From the NCBI GenBank assembly GCA_010093815.1, contig ML996568.1: 64,000 nucleotides of DNA. One strand, given 5' to 3'. Shown here piece by piece: positions 24,495 to 36,348 of this stretch. A model generated the notes under the pieces. That model was not told the DNA's origin. It saw only the letters and a program-made list of their open reading frames with translations, and ran no database searches. Position numbers and translations under genes: made by a program. The stretch comes from Pseudovirgaria hyperparasitica (Eukaryota). How positions within the stretch are numbered: position 1 is the first letter of the stretch; each line of letters opens with the position of its first letter.

Positions 24495-27031
24495 CTAATG
24501 ACTGATATACTGAAACACAGCACTCACATCCCGCTCCCCAGTCTCCTGCCTCAGCAACAGATCCTGAATCTTACCCAACGGACCGTCCGCACCATCATTA
24601 ACAAAATGATTCCACGTACTCGTGTCGCCATACAGCATCGCCGGCGCCTTGATATGCTGCCGCCCATCAGCCCTGCAGCGCTTACACTTGAACGTGTCGT
24701 GCGTATCCGACGTCGTGTCCGGCTGATAGAGGAACAACTCGCGCAGACTGTCGATGCTAAAGTGCCGCTCGACGTCCTCGTTCGAGTCGACGACGCACGA
24801 GGAGAGGGACTGCTTGTGCGACTGGCGCTGGAAGATCTTCTCTTCGATGCTGCCCGTGCCGATGAAGCGGTAGACGAAGCAGTCCTTCTTCTGGCCGTCG
24901 CGCCAGACGCGCGCCAGGGCTTGCTGGTCCGCGGCCGGGTTCCAGTCTGGGTCGAAGAGGACGAGGCGGTTGGCGCCGATGAGGTTGAGGCCGCAGCCGC
25001 CGGCCTTGGAGGAGAGGAGGAAGACGAATTCTGCGCCCGCGGGGTCGTTGAATTTGTCGACGAGCTTTTGGCGTTTGTTGACGTTCATTGTGCCGTCGAG
25101 GCGGAGGCAGCCGTAGCCTCGTGCGCGGCATAGCTTGTCGAATACGTCTAGGGTCTGGGTGTAATTGCTGATGAGGACGATCTTGTCGTTGGTGTCGGCG
25201 TGGATGCGGGCGAGCATGCGGTCCAAGACTTGCATCTTGCCGGAGAAATGAGTCTTGACGTCTCGGTCGCGGCCTCGGGCGTCTTTGGGGGTGAAGTCTT
25301 CTGGAAAAAAGTTCTCCGAGCCTGGTAGATCGGATGGTAAGTCGAGTAGATCAGGGTGGTTACAGAGTTTCTTCAGCAGGCCGATTGCCTTCAACGGCTG
25401 GCTACCTTTCCCGCGGAGCAGAGCCTTGATCTCTGGTGACTTGATGAAGAAGTTGTAGAGGTCTTTCTGGAACGGCGCCAGGTTGCAGAATACGACGTGC
25501 TCGTACTTGACTGGCAGGTATTTCGACAGGATATCGTTCGTCCGGCGGATGATGAACTTGTTCACAAGACCGAGCAGCTCTCTGATACACTCGTCGCCTT
25601 TCTTTCTATCCTCGTCAGTGCCGTCCGCATCACGACCTCTCAAGATTGGGATCTCAAATCGTTTCCTAAAGTCGTTGCGCGTGCCAAGGTAGTTGGGGTT
25701 CGCGAAGTTGAGGAGTGCGAAATACTCTGACAAGTCGTTCTGGATGGGAGTTCCCGAAAGAATTACACGTCTCTGTACATTTAGGCTGTTCAGTGCAGTG
25801 AATGTCTGGCTCTCGCCATTTTTGAGGCGATGACCCTCATCGCAAAGCAAGAGACCGATGGGTGTATCGCTCAGCTCGCCAACGTTGAGACGTAGTGTTT
25901 CGTAGGACACGATAATGACTGGACGAGTCACTGTACGTCCGCTCGCAATCTTCCATTGTCGGAGCTGCTGGGTCAGCTCCTCTTTCGACGCTTTACCATC
26001 GATAGCAAAGGGGTTAATGGCGTCCTTGCCAAGCCACTTCACAAGCTCATTCGCCCAGTTGCGAACCAGACTAGAAGGACATGCGATGACGCACTTCTGT
26101 ATGGTTGGCTTGCCTGCATCAGGCGACTGTTTCAGGAGCGTCCACATGAGAGCAATGCATTGGAGCTTATACCGTCAGCAGGAGTCCAAGGGGAGAAGCA
26201 AGACACCTACAGTTTTTCCAAGACCCATCTCATCAGCCATGATGCACCCTTGTGCCTTCGAGTCTATCATTCCAGTCGTGCACTGATACATGAACTTGAC
26301 ACCCTCGACTTGATGCGGCCTCAAGACCTTTGCAAGTCGTGGGTCAATCACTACAGGTACTCTCGGTCTATCCTCGACATTCTTTTTCAGCCCAAGTATG
26401 TCTGCCAGACTCTTATGCATAATGGGAACCTTCATCTCCTCTTTCTGTGACCCGTCCAACTTCTTTTCCACTTCTTCTTTGGGTTCTGGTTTATCATCTA
26501 CAGTTGGGTCATACAACACAATCGCAAACTCGCCGCTCGGGTCGTGCAGAGGTTTCGCCTGGAACACTCTCCCCTGTCTCAAGCCGAGCAACGGTGGAGG
26601 CTTAAACGCATTGTATTCCCCCGAGCCCTTATTGAGCAGGGGGACGGCGAAGCGTTGTCGAAACAGCGTATCTTTGTCCTTCGGCTTGAATACCGGAAAC
26701 TTGTTAATGTCCCTCGTGGCGAGCGCCAGTCGGTCCTCATTCGTGTATTTGCCATCGCCATCTTCGCCCGTGCCGTCTGCTCCACCGTAGTCTACCTTTC
26801 TTCTCTTCCTTGCGGGCTTCTCCGACGCACGAGTCGGTGTTGCACAGCCGGGCATCTTGAAAGGCTTGCGCAGTTTATCGGCCGACTGAGGCGTGCCACC
26901 ATAGAGGCGAGAGGGTTTCTGCGAGATCCCGGGCTTGTTTTCCTTGTCGTCGCTCAGCGAGAGAGGTTTTGGTCGATGCCTACAGTTGTCAGCTTTATCA
27001 TAGTATTGTGATCTTGAGGTTAAGCGTACAT
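24495..27031 (-). CDS. RAD54: DNA repair/recombination SNF2-family ATPase Rad54, 3 exons
   Basis: Rad54 N-terminal LHDPSGEFAIVLYDP and LRPHQVEGVKF; ADEMGLGKT, CDEGHRLKN, LSGTPIQN, DPDWNPAADQQALARVWRDGQKK; C-terminal FQYISH. Introns 27029-26980 and 26210-26166. Start is either the split AT|G at 27031 or an in-frame ATG at 27073. Confidence 0.96.
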
Positions 27032-27074
27032 AGGGAGTGTTCGGTGGTGTATACGCAACGGAGGAGGGATCATG

Positions 27075-27124
27075 ACGCGCGACGACTTTGAGGTAGACGC
27101 GCCACTTGCCAAGACCATGACGCG
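27075..27124. promoter_or_regulatory. Three MCB-like ACGCG cores upstream of RAD54
   Basis: GACGCGC occurs with ACGCG starting at 27075, 27097 and 27120 (22-23 bp spacing). Confidence 0.6.
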
Positions 27125-27406
27125 CAGTCACATGATGATTTCGAAATGAAAACAGACATCGAAGAAAAGAAAGAAACTCGATTTCTCTTTTTCTTCGGGA
27201 CTCAATGGCTAGCTGTCTAGAAACCATCGAGTCAATTGGACAGTATCAATCACATGTCTCATATGACTTCTCAACATGCGACACGGACAGGTAGAAATTA
27301 TAGTCGAGTGAATTAACGACGACAATGGCTTTTCTGCCAAAGGTCAAGCTATCATTGGAGAACTGTGGCCTCAGACTTATCATGGGCACCCATTACACAA
27401 TGCCGT

Positions 27407-28603
27407 CTACTTGATGTATTCTGCCACGCTGTCCTGAGCACCTGCTGCTTCTCTCCTGTACAGCTCATCAATCAGCTTATGACGAACGACGGCGGTCTCC
27501 CAGTCCAAGTAATTGTCTGTCCTTCCATCTGCGAAAGCTTCATATATACGCGCAATATTCTGTGCTGGTTGAGGCAGCTCAGACCATTCGTCCTTGTCGG
27601 CCTGTACCTCCACAAGTTCGCCGCCGTCTTGGTATAGCTGTATCTTGGTATCAGGGTGTCCAACGTTCATCATCGCACCCCCAGCTGTAAGTTTTATCTC
27701 TCCAGTCTCACCGTAGATGCGCCAATCGAGGCCTTGGCCCTCGCCTGGCAACGACTTTCCACCGCGCAGGTGATATGAGAAGAGAGCTCCAGACTTGAAG
27801 TGTCCCTGTACGAGAAACTGGTCTGGCGAAGTCCGAGTGACCGTTTCGACAACCTTGCGGGACGGATCAGTCAGGACCTTGTCTGTGAGATCGACTTTCG
27901 GGCGCTTGGTGTCGATGATAGAGCTATAGGTTGCTAGGTCGCCGAGAACTTGGAAGACACCTTCGATTGCTACACAATACAATTATGAGTGATTGGCTTT
28001 AGTCAGTGGTCAGGGGGCACACTTACAGTGCATGAAGTGTATGGTGAGGACATTGCCTCCAATCTCTCTAGTCGTAATATAGCGTAGTTCTGCCCATTCC
28101 TGTGGCCCGCCATTGTATGCAGCTCCAGTGAATGTTGAGCTGAGGACCTTCCCAATCTTGCCTTCATCGATTAACGCTTTGACTTTTTTGATAAATGGCG
28201 AGCTGAGGGCTTGCAATCCGATCATAGTCTTGGACCCCGACTCCTTCGCAATCTTTGCGAGCTCCTCGGCTTCTGCGAGATTCTTTCCGAGTGGCCATTC
28301 GCAGAAAACATCCTTCCCGGCTTTGACTGATGGGAGCAAAGTCTGATAGTGTCTGTCGACTCGGACAGAGCATACTACAAGATCAACATTGGGGTCCTTG
28401 GCGAGGTCTTCTGGGGAGCCGTATGCTGCGACGTTGTCCGCAAGTGAGTGAGCCTTGATGGCAGCACGAGCGCTATCTGCAGAAGAATTGCATAACGCTG
28501 TGATGATATATTTCGAGGATTTGCGCAAGTATGGTAAATGGGCATTGACAGCCCAACTGCTAGAGGCGTTCAAGCCGATTATTCCAAGACGGATTGGTGC
28601 CAT
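27407..28603 (-). CDS. Gfo/Idh/MocA-family NAD(P)-binding oxidoreductase (Gal80-like), 2 exons
   Basis: MAPIRLGIIGL..WAVNAHLP, DPNVDLVV, GKDVFCEWPLG, IYGETGEI. Intron 28026-27970 (GTAAGT..TAG) is in frame. Confidence 0.88.
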
Positions 28604-29257
28604 GATCTTGAGGGGTAGGAAAGGCTTTGCGTTATATTGTCGTCTCTGCTTAATGAGTTGTGCTCGGTCGATTCTCAAATAACCCAGAGGGGCTTATATA
28701 TTCGTAATCACGTCATAGCCTTCTCCGCATTGATTGATGCACGCATTTGTAAGCGGAGAGTTTGGCATAGGATGCCTTGAGACGCCGCATCCAATTGGTA
28801 AGTCTGTAATATGGCTGAAGTTTCACAACAGTAGTGTCTTAACTCGATAACTCGAATGTTTTGATCCACCCAAGCTGGATCTCGATAAGTACAGCTCGAA
28901 CGGAGTACGGAGTTGCGCCCATCATATGCTAACCCACTTGGGAAACGAGCTTGGAAGCTTTGTCATGTCCCGAAGCGCATAAGCACCAGAACAACACCGG
29001 ACCTCGGTGTACCTCTGCACTGTTCTGTATTGCAGAATATGCTTTGTGATTACGAACTTCCACCTTGAGTGCTGAAGTCCGGGACCTGTTCCCTAAGGGG
29101 TTAGGGTGAAGTCCCCATGGGAACAAATCTCAATTGAAGTTGGAGAGCGTCATCTCGAGTGTCTGGCTGCAGCAACATGCCTGACAATCTTCGGAGGAGC
29201 CTGGTTTGTAATGTATCCACCTCACATGAAGTGTCCATGGTTGGGAGGGTGCCCTAA

Positions 29258-31749
29258 TCATCCTTCTTCTCTTACTCTGCCACCACTGCCCCCTATATCC
29301 CACTCGACCCATCTTGCCCCTTTGTTGCCTTTCCTCGCGCTGGTATCTCTGGCACAGCGTCCAGGGTTGAGCACAGCACAACCTGCATAGCTCAGTGCAA
29401 ATGGCGGGGCTTCAGAGTCTGCAATTACAAGCACATTCGGTAGTGGGTACAGAGACAGCGCTGAGCCGTATGACCAGTGCTGAGGTCGAACAGACATTGG
29501 AAACGGCGAAAGGTGGGATTGCGAGAGCAAAGTGAAAGCAAGCGCCCGGGCAGTCTGAACGTGTGGATCAACTCCTGAGTCCAAAGGATTCGTAGATGCC
29601 TCATCGCCCGTGACGTCTACTTCCATAGACTGGGCGTCCTGTGTCGCTTGCCTTGGAGGGGACGAGGGCAGTCCACCAGACATCGAGTACTCTGCGTTTC
29701 TTGTCTGGGTTGCCGCCACGTTTTCTTCGCCTTCGGCTTCGTCATCTCGTTCGTTGAACCTAATAGCCGTGCGACGAAGTCTGCCCAACATATCATCTCG
29801 TAGTAGCACCATTTCACCCGCAACACCAAACCAACTCAAGCGCGATGGATTTGTGGTCCATATCGCCTCTCCTTCTTTGATGCCCTTGCGGTTAGCTGCT
29901 ACACCGTGCACTTCTCTGTTAGCCTCTGCTACAACACGACGTATTCGACTCGTGAAGATATCAGGAATAGCCTTCCTAGGCAACGGAACAGCAGCACCTG
30001 CCGAATGGGCCGAAGCCCAGGCATCGTGATCTCCAGGCACAAAAATCAGTGTCGTTCGCGCTATCAATTGAGGAAACTCTGACAGAAGGGAGGCCAAAGA
30101 GTCAAACGACTCTTTGTACTCTATACTGCCACTGCCAGACGCCCCTGAAAGTGCAGCATTTGTTGCAAAATTACCCATAAGGACCATAGCCAAGGGGTAG
30201 GATGGAACTGGTAGAGATGAGTAGCTTGACAACATTGTCCGTAGAGCAGATAATGTTGCTGGTTCCGCCAGATTTAGTTCTGATGCAATGGCTATTATAC
30301 CGCTGCGAGCTGGTGGCGAAGGCGTTCCTAAGTCTACTTCCAGGGGTGGAGCAAGAAGACGCTGGCACAGTCGCCGCATTCGCGATCCATTGCCGCGCTC
30401 AGATCCAACCCCTAGAAAGTCTGTCCAGCCAAATGCTGGACCAGCGAGTGCATCATCGGCTGTTGCGTCCTTGATTCCAAGTGTAGTGTTTCGACGTTCG
30501 ACCGGCGGATGACCAACAGAGAAACAGACAAACTTGCCACCAATTGTGCCACCGATACCGCCAGTACCACCAAGTGCTGAGGCCGAACCTGCTGATGGAT
30601 TGCTGTCATCTTCTTCGTAGGATCCGTCAATTAGCGCCATCATCCCAGGGGCAAACCAAGCGCCGTCTTCGGGAATGGGTCGAGCGTGCTGGAGATCTAG
30701 TGCTATACTTCCAGTCAAATCAGACAGGGCGAGGGTGCCTGTGGGAGCAACGGTCAAAAGTCCGAATAGAAGATGCGTACTGCCCCCGCGGCCAAGGAGG
30801 TTTGCAATTGGTGTTATTTTGTTGTACTGTCCGTTCGAGGCGACACTTTGTAATGAAGACTTGTGCGTATTTGCAGAAAATGTCGGTACTTGAAAAGCCT
30901 CGTTACGCAGGATGCGCTGGTGAACTACATGATACCTCTGACGGAACATTTCAATTCGATGTGATGGTGGCGCAAGGAGAGATGGCTTCGTAGTAGATCT
31001 AGACGATGGTTAGAGTCTCCTCGGCCGGGCGTTTATTTCATAGTAACATACTTCTCGAAGTGTCTTTTGCCAACATTGTACACCAATCTTGGTTGATCAA
31101 ACCCCCCTATTACTTTGAGCCAATCCCGGGGGTCTTTTGAAGCATCTTCCTCGTCTTCGTTGTCTTCCACCCCAAGACTTGACATGCCAAAGCTATCCTG
31201 TCTTTCGTCTATGGCAGGTCTTTCGGATATGCCATTATGCAAAGCTGCATCTGGACCAAATGCAAAGCTTCCTTGTCTGCTCACACTCGGTGTGCCACTC
31301 TTCCCTTGAATGATTCTACCGCCAACCATGCAGCTTTCTAAACCTTTTAGAATATCCTTGAGCATACCACTGTCGCCATTTATTATGACTGACCCGCCTG
31401 CTTTTTTCCAACTCCGAGCAACTTCCTCCAGAACACGCTCAGCGAGGCCTTGTTCCCGCCATCCCTGACCACAATGGCGCCCGATGAAAGTCGCAAGACT
31501 GCCGAGGGCAGAAGATTGTAGGTTCAGATCATGGTTACGTGTGAAAACTCGGACAGCAACAGGACGAAGGAGGTTTGGCGGGAGCAAAATCGGTACTATA
31601 GGCTTGATGGCTGCTGGTGCTGGAATCGCATTGATGGGCTGTGAGAGGATGGGATGCACTGGTGTTCCAAATCCTGGAGAAGATGATGGAATCGGCGCTT
31701 TCTGGCCTAGTGAAGACGGTGCTGTCCGTCTAGGATTTATCGTCGACAT
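29258..31749 (-). CDS. DPB2: DNA polymerase epsilon subunit B, 2 exons
   Basis: MFRQRYHVVHQRILRNEAF, LSDLTGSIALDL, VLMGNF, IFVPGDHD, TNPSRL, SQSHLSPFP, ALSLYPLP..LVIAD. Intron 31051-30999 (GTATGT..CTAAC..TAG). Confidence 0.93.
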
Positions 31750-31813
31750 TGCAGTTGAAATGTGTATGAGAGAAATGTACACCGGAGTGCCGATGCGGGA
31801 CAGTTTAGAGTGA

Positions 31814-31836
31814 GACGCGCCTAGGCGCGTCGCGTC
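31814..31836. promoter_or_regulatory. Palindromic MCB-like element in the DPB2/NASP bidirectional promoter
   Basis: Perfect 18-bp palindrome GACGCGCCTAGGCGCGTC (31814-31831), overlapped by a third CGCGTC, within a 195-bp gap between divergent ATGs. Confidence 0.65.
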
Positions 31837-31944
31837 AACTCGTGACCACACTTTAATCCTTGATACTTGCGCTCAGAGATAAACCGCATCTTACACCTAC
31901 AGACTATCGCATATCTTCAAAGTTCAGTTGCGACTACAATCACT

Positions 31945-33378
31945 ATGGATGACAACGAAACACCCACGCTCGCCGCGATTGCGAAACTTACTGAGAATGC
32001 AAACCTCCAGTACAGCCTCAAGAACTACGATGCCGCTGCCGAGCTGTACTCGCGCGCAACCGAAATGCAAGATGAACTACATGGAGAGATGGCGCCAGAG
32101 AGCGCGGACCTACTATTCCTATATGGACGCTGTCTTTACAAGGTCGGCGTAAGCAAGAGTGACGTCTTGGGCGGAAAGGTCGCCAGCGAGGAGAAGAGCA
32201 AGAAGAAGGGGAAAACATCGAACGGCGAGGGCAGCAGTAGTGCGGTGTCAAAGAGCAACGCTATCTCAAATGCCGGCGATCAGAACGCAGAGGCAGTGTT
32301 GGAAGCTGCGGTGGAGACTAAGGATAGCACAAAGCCGGCAGACCAAAGCAAGGCTGCAGACAAGCCATACTTCTCGATCACAGGAGATGAAAATTGGGAC
32401 ACGGACTCGGACGATGAAGACGCTGGAGAAGAAGGCGATGCCGCAGAAGACGAAGATGATGACGACTTCAAGATAGCCTACGAGATTCTAGATACAGCAC
32501 GCGTAATTCTACAGCACAAGCTAGAAAATCATACCGGACAGTCCAACATAAAGAGCGATAAAGGCAAAGACAAAGCCCATGAATTATATCCAGGAGATGT
32601 CTCAGATCCAGTTGTGCGCGCAACCAAGGAGAAATTGGCCGAGATTCTGGACTTACAGGCGGATATCTCACTAGAGAGTGAACGATTTGAAGATGCTGTA
32701 CCAGACAATCAAGCTATATTAGCTCTTCGAAAGGATCTTCTACCACCTGAACATGCTTTCATAGCAGAATCATACTACAAGCTCTCACTCGCCCTCGAGT
32801 TCGCCTCACTCACGTACCACGAAGGGGAAGGGGAGCCGCCTTCGGTGGACGAAGGAATGAGGAAGGATGCCGCAAAAGCTATGGAAGATGCGATTGCGAG
32901 TTGCCATTTGCGCATCAAGACTGAATCAGAGAAACTCTCATCTCTCAGCGCTGAGGACAAAGTCAAGAAAGAGCTTGAAATCAAAGACGTCAAAGAATTG
33001 ATTGCCGAGATGGAGGAACGGGTAAGCTCCCCTTTAAGTTGGTTAAAAATTTATAGTGCTAACACTGCGCAGTTGGTCGATCTCAAGGCTTCTCCTTTAG
33101 AAGTTCCTAACCTTGCAGGCCCGGCTGGAGCAGCCGATGCCAATCCTCTCGGGGGTATTCTAAGCTCGATTTTGGGCGAAACACCTGGACAGCAGAAGGC
33201 TCGAATCGAGGAGGCTGTCAAGGGAGCAAACGATCTCTCTGGAATGGTGAAGAAGAAGAAGCCTGCGCCAAGTGCAGCAGCCGGACCAAGCACAGATACG
33301 AACGGCAAAGGAAAGCGGAAGCTCGAAGACGGAGACGACTCCGACACATCAAAGAAAGCCAAAGTCGAGGATGCCTAA
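31945..33378 (+). CDS. SIM3: NASP-related histone H3 chaperone (Sim3/Hif1 family, SHNi-TPR)
   Basis: TPR1 (KNYDAAAELYSRA..ADLLFLYGRCLY..SKSDVLG), acidic interruption ITGDENWDTDSDDED, DDFKIAYEILDTAR, ISLESERF, AESYYKLSLALEF; C-terminal ANDLSGMVKKKK and KRK NLS. In-frame intron 33022-33072. Confidence 0.88.
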   Translation: MDDNETPTLAAIAKLTENANLQYSLKNYDAAAELYSRATEMQDELHGEMAPESADLLFLYGRCLYKVGVSKSDVLGGKVASEEKSKKKGKTSNGEGSSSAVSKSNAISNAGDQNAEAVLEAAVETKDSTKPADQSKAADKPYFSITGDENWDTDSDDEDAGEEGDAAEDEDDDDFKIAYEILDTARVILQHKLENHTGQSNIKSDKGKDKAHELYPGDVSDPVVRATKEKLAEILDLQADISLESERFEDAVPDNQAILALRKDLLPPEHAFIAESYYKLSLALEFASLTYHEGEGEPPSVDEGMRKDAAKAMEDAIASCHLRIKTESEKLSSLSAEDKVKKELEIKDVKELIAEMEERVSSPLSWLKIYSANTAQLVDLKASPLEVPNLAGPAGAADANPLGGILSSILGETPGQQKARIEEAVKGANDLSGMVKKKKPAPSAAAGPSTDTNGKGKRKLEDGDDSDTSKKAKVEDA

Positions 33379-33502
33379 GCTGGATGATTAAGGATGCCAT
33401 ATATTGGAGTTTTGTGCTATAAGTGGGCGTTGAGCATATTCGCTTTAGAAGCCCCTGATCTTACATCCAATCTGTATTGTACATGTTACCATATACCGAA
33501 CT

Positions 33503-36101
33503 TCAAAACAAATGAGCAATACTCCTTAACTCAGGACTAACAGCCTCTTTACTCCTCAACGTAAGTCCAGCAGCCCTCTGTGCCAGTCCGACCACTTCTT
33601 CGACTCTTCTCCCCTTCAAGATACCCGCGACTACCGCGCCCAAGAACGTATCACCCACCCCATTGACACTGACCACATCTTCACCCACCAACACCTCAGG
33701 TGGCTCAAATAGTCTCATATACACGCCACCAACCCCACTCCCATCCACATTAGTTCTACTGAGCACATACGGCTTATACTCCGCCCTATGCAACCTCTCA
33801 TCTCCCCTTGGCAGCAAACTAGTCAACAGCACACCCTTGGGCCCCAATTTCGTCAAAATCGTCGGTATGAAAGGCAGCAACTGAATGCCCATCTGTGGAA
33901 TCCCCTGGTCCACCAAGTCCGCATTCGTCGCGTGCGTCAGCGCCGTACGCAGCCCACTTGACGATATCCCCAGCGCGTCAATGACCTCCCACCAGTCCTG
34001 CCTGCTCAGCAGCGCTTGCTGTGCTGTGGCATGCATAGCCGCGAGCTCGTGCTGGTTTGGTGTCGCGATATCGACGATATGCTGCGGGAACACCCCGATG
34101 TCAGATGCGGTGCCGTGTGCGGGGCCGGAGAGGAAGCGCGCAGCTTTCGATGTGCTGACGGGCTCGAAGGCGGTTGTAGCACCGACGGCTTTGCCGGCTC
34201 TAAGCCAGGTGTGTGCTGCGTCGCGGGACCAGTTACCGTCTACGACGACGCATGCTGGGGTGAAGGTGCGGTCAGTGATGGAGGGCCATAGCGAGGGGAT
34301 TGATGCTGACGGGATGTCCTCGAGGATGGTCATGTCGGCCATGGCGAGCATGAGGTCTTTATTGGCGTCATTGACGGCGATGTATTGGGCTGTGCGGGCG
34401 GAGGAGGCGGAGGAGAGTGTTTTGATGCCTTCTGTGCTGAACTTTTGGGACTGTAGTTGTACAACTGCGGCATGGCCGCTTAAGTCATCGCCGATGGCGG
34501 TGCAGAGGGAGACTGAGCTACCTAGGTAGTGGAGAGCTTTGGCAATGTTGTGACCTACACCGCCGAGGGTTTGAGTGATGCGAGATGGGTTAGAGGTATG
34601 AAGTTGAGGTGTGGTGCTCGTCTCAGAGGGAGTACCGGAGAAAGGGGTATAATCGCAGGCAAAATCTACGGCTAGAGCACCAGCAACAATGACTTCAGTG
34701 TTCGCAGTTTCAGCAGCTTCAAGAGGTGTTACAGGTATCTCAGATGAAGAAGATGAACTTGGCGTAGAAGCAACAGAGACAGTAGACGTAGTAGACGGCA
34801 TGAACGTATTTGAAACACTACGTACATGTCCAATCAGTCCGAGGGTCTCCGAAAGTCAACGATATATCTCACCCAGTCTCGGCTCCCCTCTCATTTGCTT
34901 CTAATAGACCAAGTTCCCGGGCTACGATTGTACCACGTCTTACGTTGGATTCGATGAGAGCTCTGTTCGCAGGTATGCTGTTCCCCTTGGTCAACTCCTT
35001 GATTTTGTTCAGAATGTATGGCGTATTAGCGTTTCCATATGCCCCTGCGGCCTCAGCTTCCTTGATGGCTTCCGCAATCACCAAGTCCATCTCTGCCTTC
35101 GGAATCTGGAATTCTTCAGGGATAGGATTTGCAAAGACAAGGCCAGACTTGATTCCAAGTGAATTTTGAGCATCTGAAATGGTTAGTGATCCTTTACTTC
35201 GGCACAAGAGCAACCCTTACGTATGATGGCAGCAGCCTCGATTTCATCTTGAATTGTGACCGGGCTTTTCACACCGCTATCACGAGACCAAAACGCCGGA
35301 AAATCGACATTTCCCTGTCGTCCATCGGCGAATGTGCCGACCCCTGCGCCTTCAGTCTCTAGATATTCAATCGTCCGTCCTATGTCCAGGAAACTCTTGC
35401 ACCCACTACTGACCACTGCTACAGGGGTCCTGCCGAGTTCTGTCAGATCTGCTGATATATCCATGGACGACTCAGCGCCACGATGGACACCACCTAGTCC
35501 CCCAGTTGCGAAAACCTTGATACCAGCTAAATGGGCCAGAACCATGGTTCCAGCTATTGTCGTACCTCCATTGAAATTCTTGCCGACAAGTCTCTGGTAA
35601 CTGAAATCAGAGAGGTATGCAAGGAAAGGGTCCAGATCATTCATACCATTCCACAAACATAACTTAAATCACGTCTAGAGAGCTTCAAAGTCGTGTCTTT
35701 CCCGGCAGACGCAGTTAGTCGGATGAGCTCTTCTGCATCAAGGCCAACACGGGCTACTCCATCAATGACTCCTATAGTTGCTGGGACACCACCATTCACG
35801 CGGACTATACTTTCTAGATGCGATGCTAATGCAACATTGTCTGGATATGGGAAGCCTACCATGTGTCAGCTTCAGTCAAGCTTCTACACTTGACAAGTGG
35901 CGATCAGGCCTGACCGTGCGTATATATAGTGGTCTCCAAAGCCACAACTGGTTTGCCTGAATTCAATGCTTCTCTCACTTCATCATGCACCCGAATAAAA
36001 CTGTTGTTCTTTGTGCTAGCATGCCGCCAACGGATGGATGATGCCTGCCTGACAGTACAGCGTAGGGCTGATGTCCGTCCAAAGACCCCAAACATAGCCA
36101 T
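33503..36101 (-). CDS. Bifunctional pseudouridine-5'-phosphate glycosidase (PsuG/IndA) plus pseudouridine kinase (PfkB family), 5 exons
   Basis: VVALETTIYTHG, KLSRRD, GGTTIAGTM, TGGLGGVHRG..DISADLTEL and GNANTPYIL, followed by PfkB motifs GGVGHN and VSVNGVGDTFLG. Introns 35914-35856, 35646-35594, 35220-35174 and 34872-34818 join all pieces into one frame. Confidence 0.92.
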
Positions 36102-36348
36102 AATTGATATGGCACCCAATCAGGAAGAGAATGGATGTTTGGTGTGCTAAAGCGATCGTACTGCAGCAAATCCATACGCGGGACGAGGCAGCGTGGGGGT
36201 CATCTGCCAAGACTTTCGCGAAGCTGATGCATCGTGGCCGGAACATCTGCTGTGGAGAAGTGAACTTGAATGGAAGCATCAACAGGACCACAACCATAAA
36301 CACAGCCACCACAGTCTTGATGCTGGGCTCGATAAACACATACCCAGC

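Noticed and set aside
33460..33510. Possible cryptic PTS1 by stop readthrough of the PsuG-PsuK gene
   Set aside because: The stop context is TGA AGT rather than TGA CTA, and the extension (SSVYGNMYNTDWM) does not end in a PTS1.
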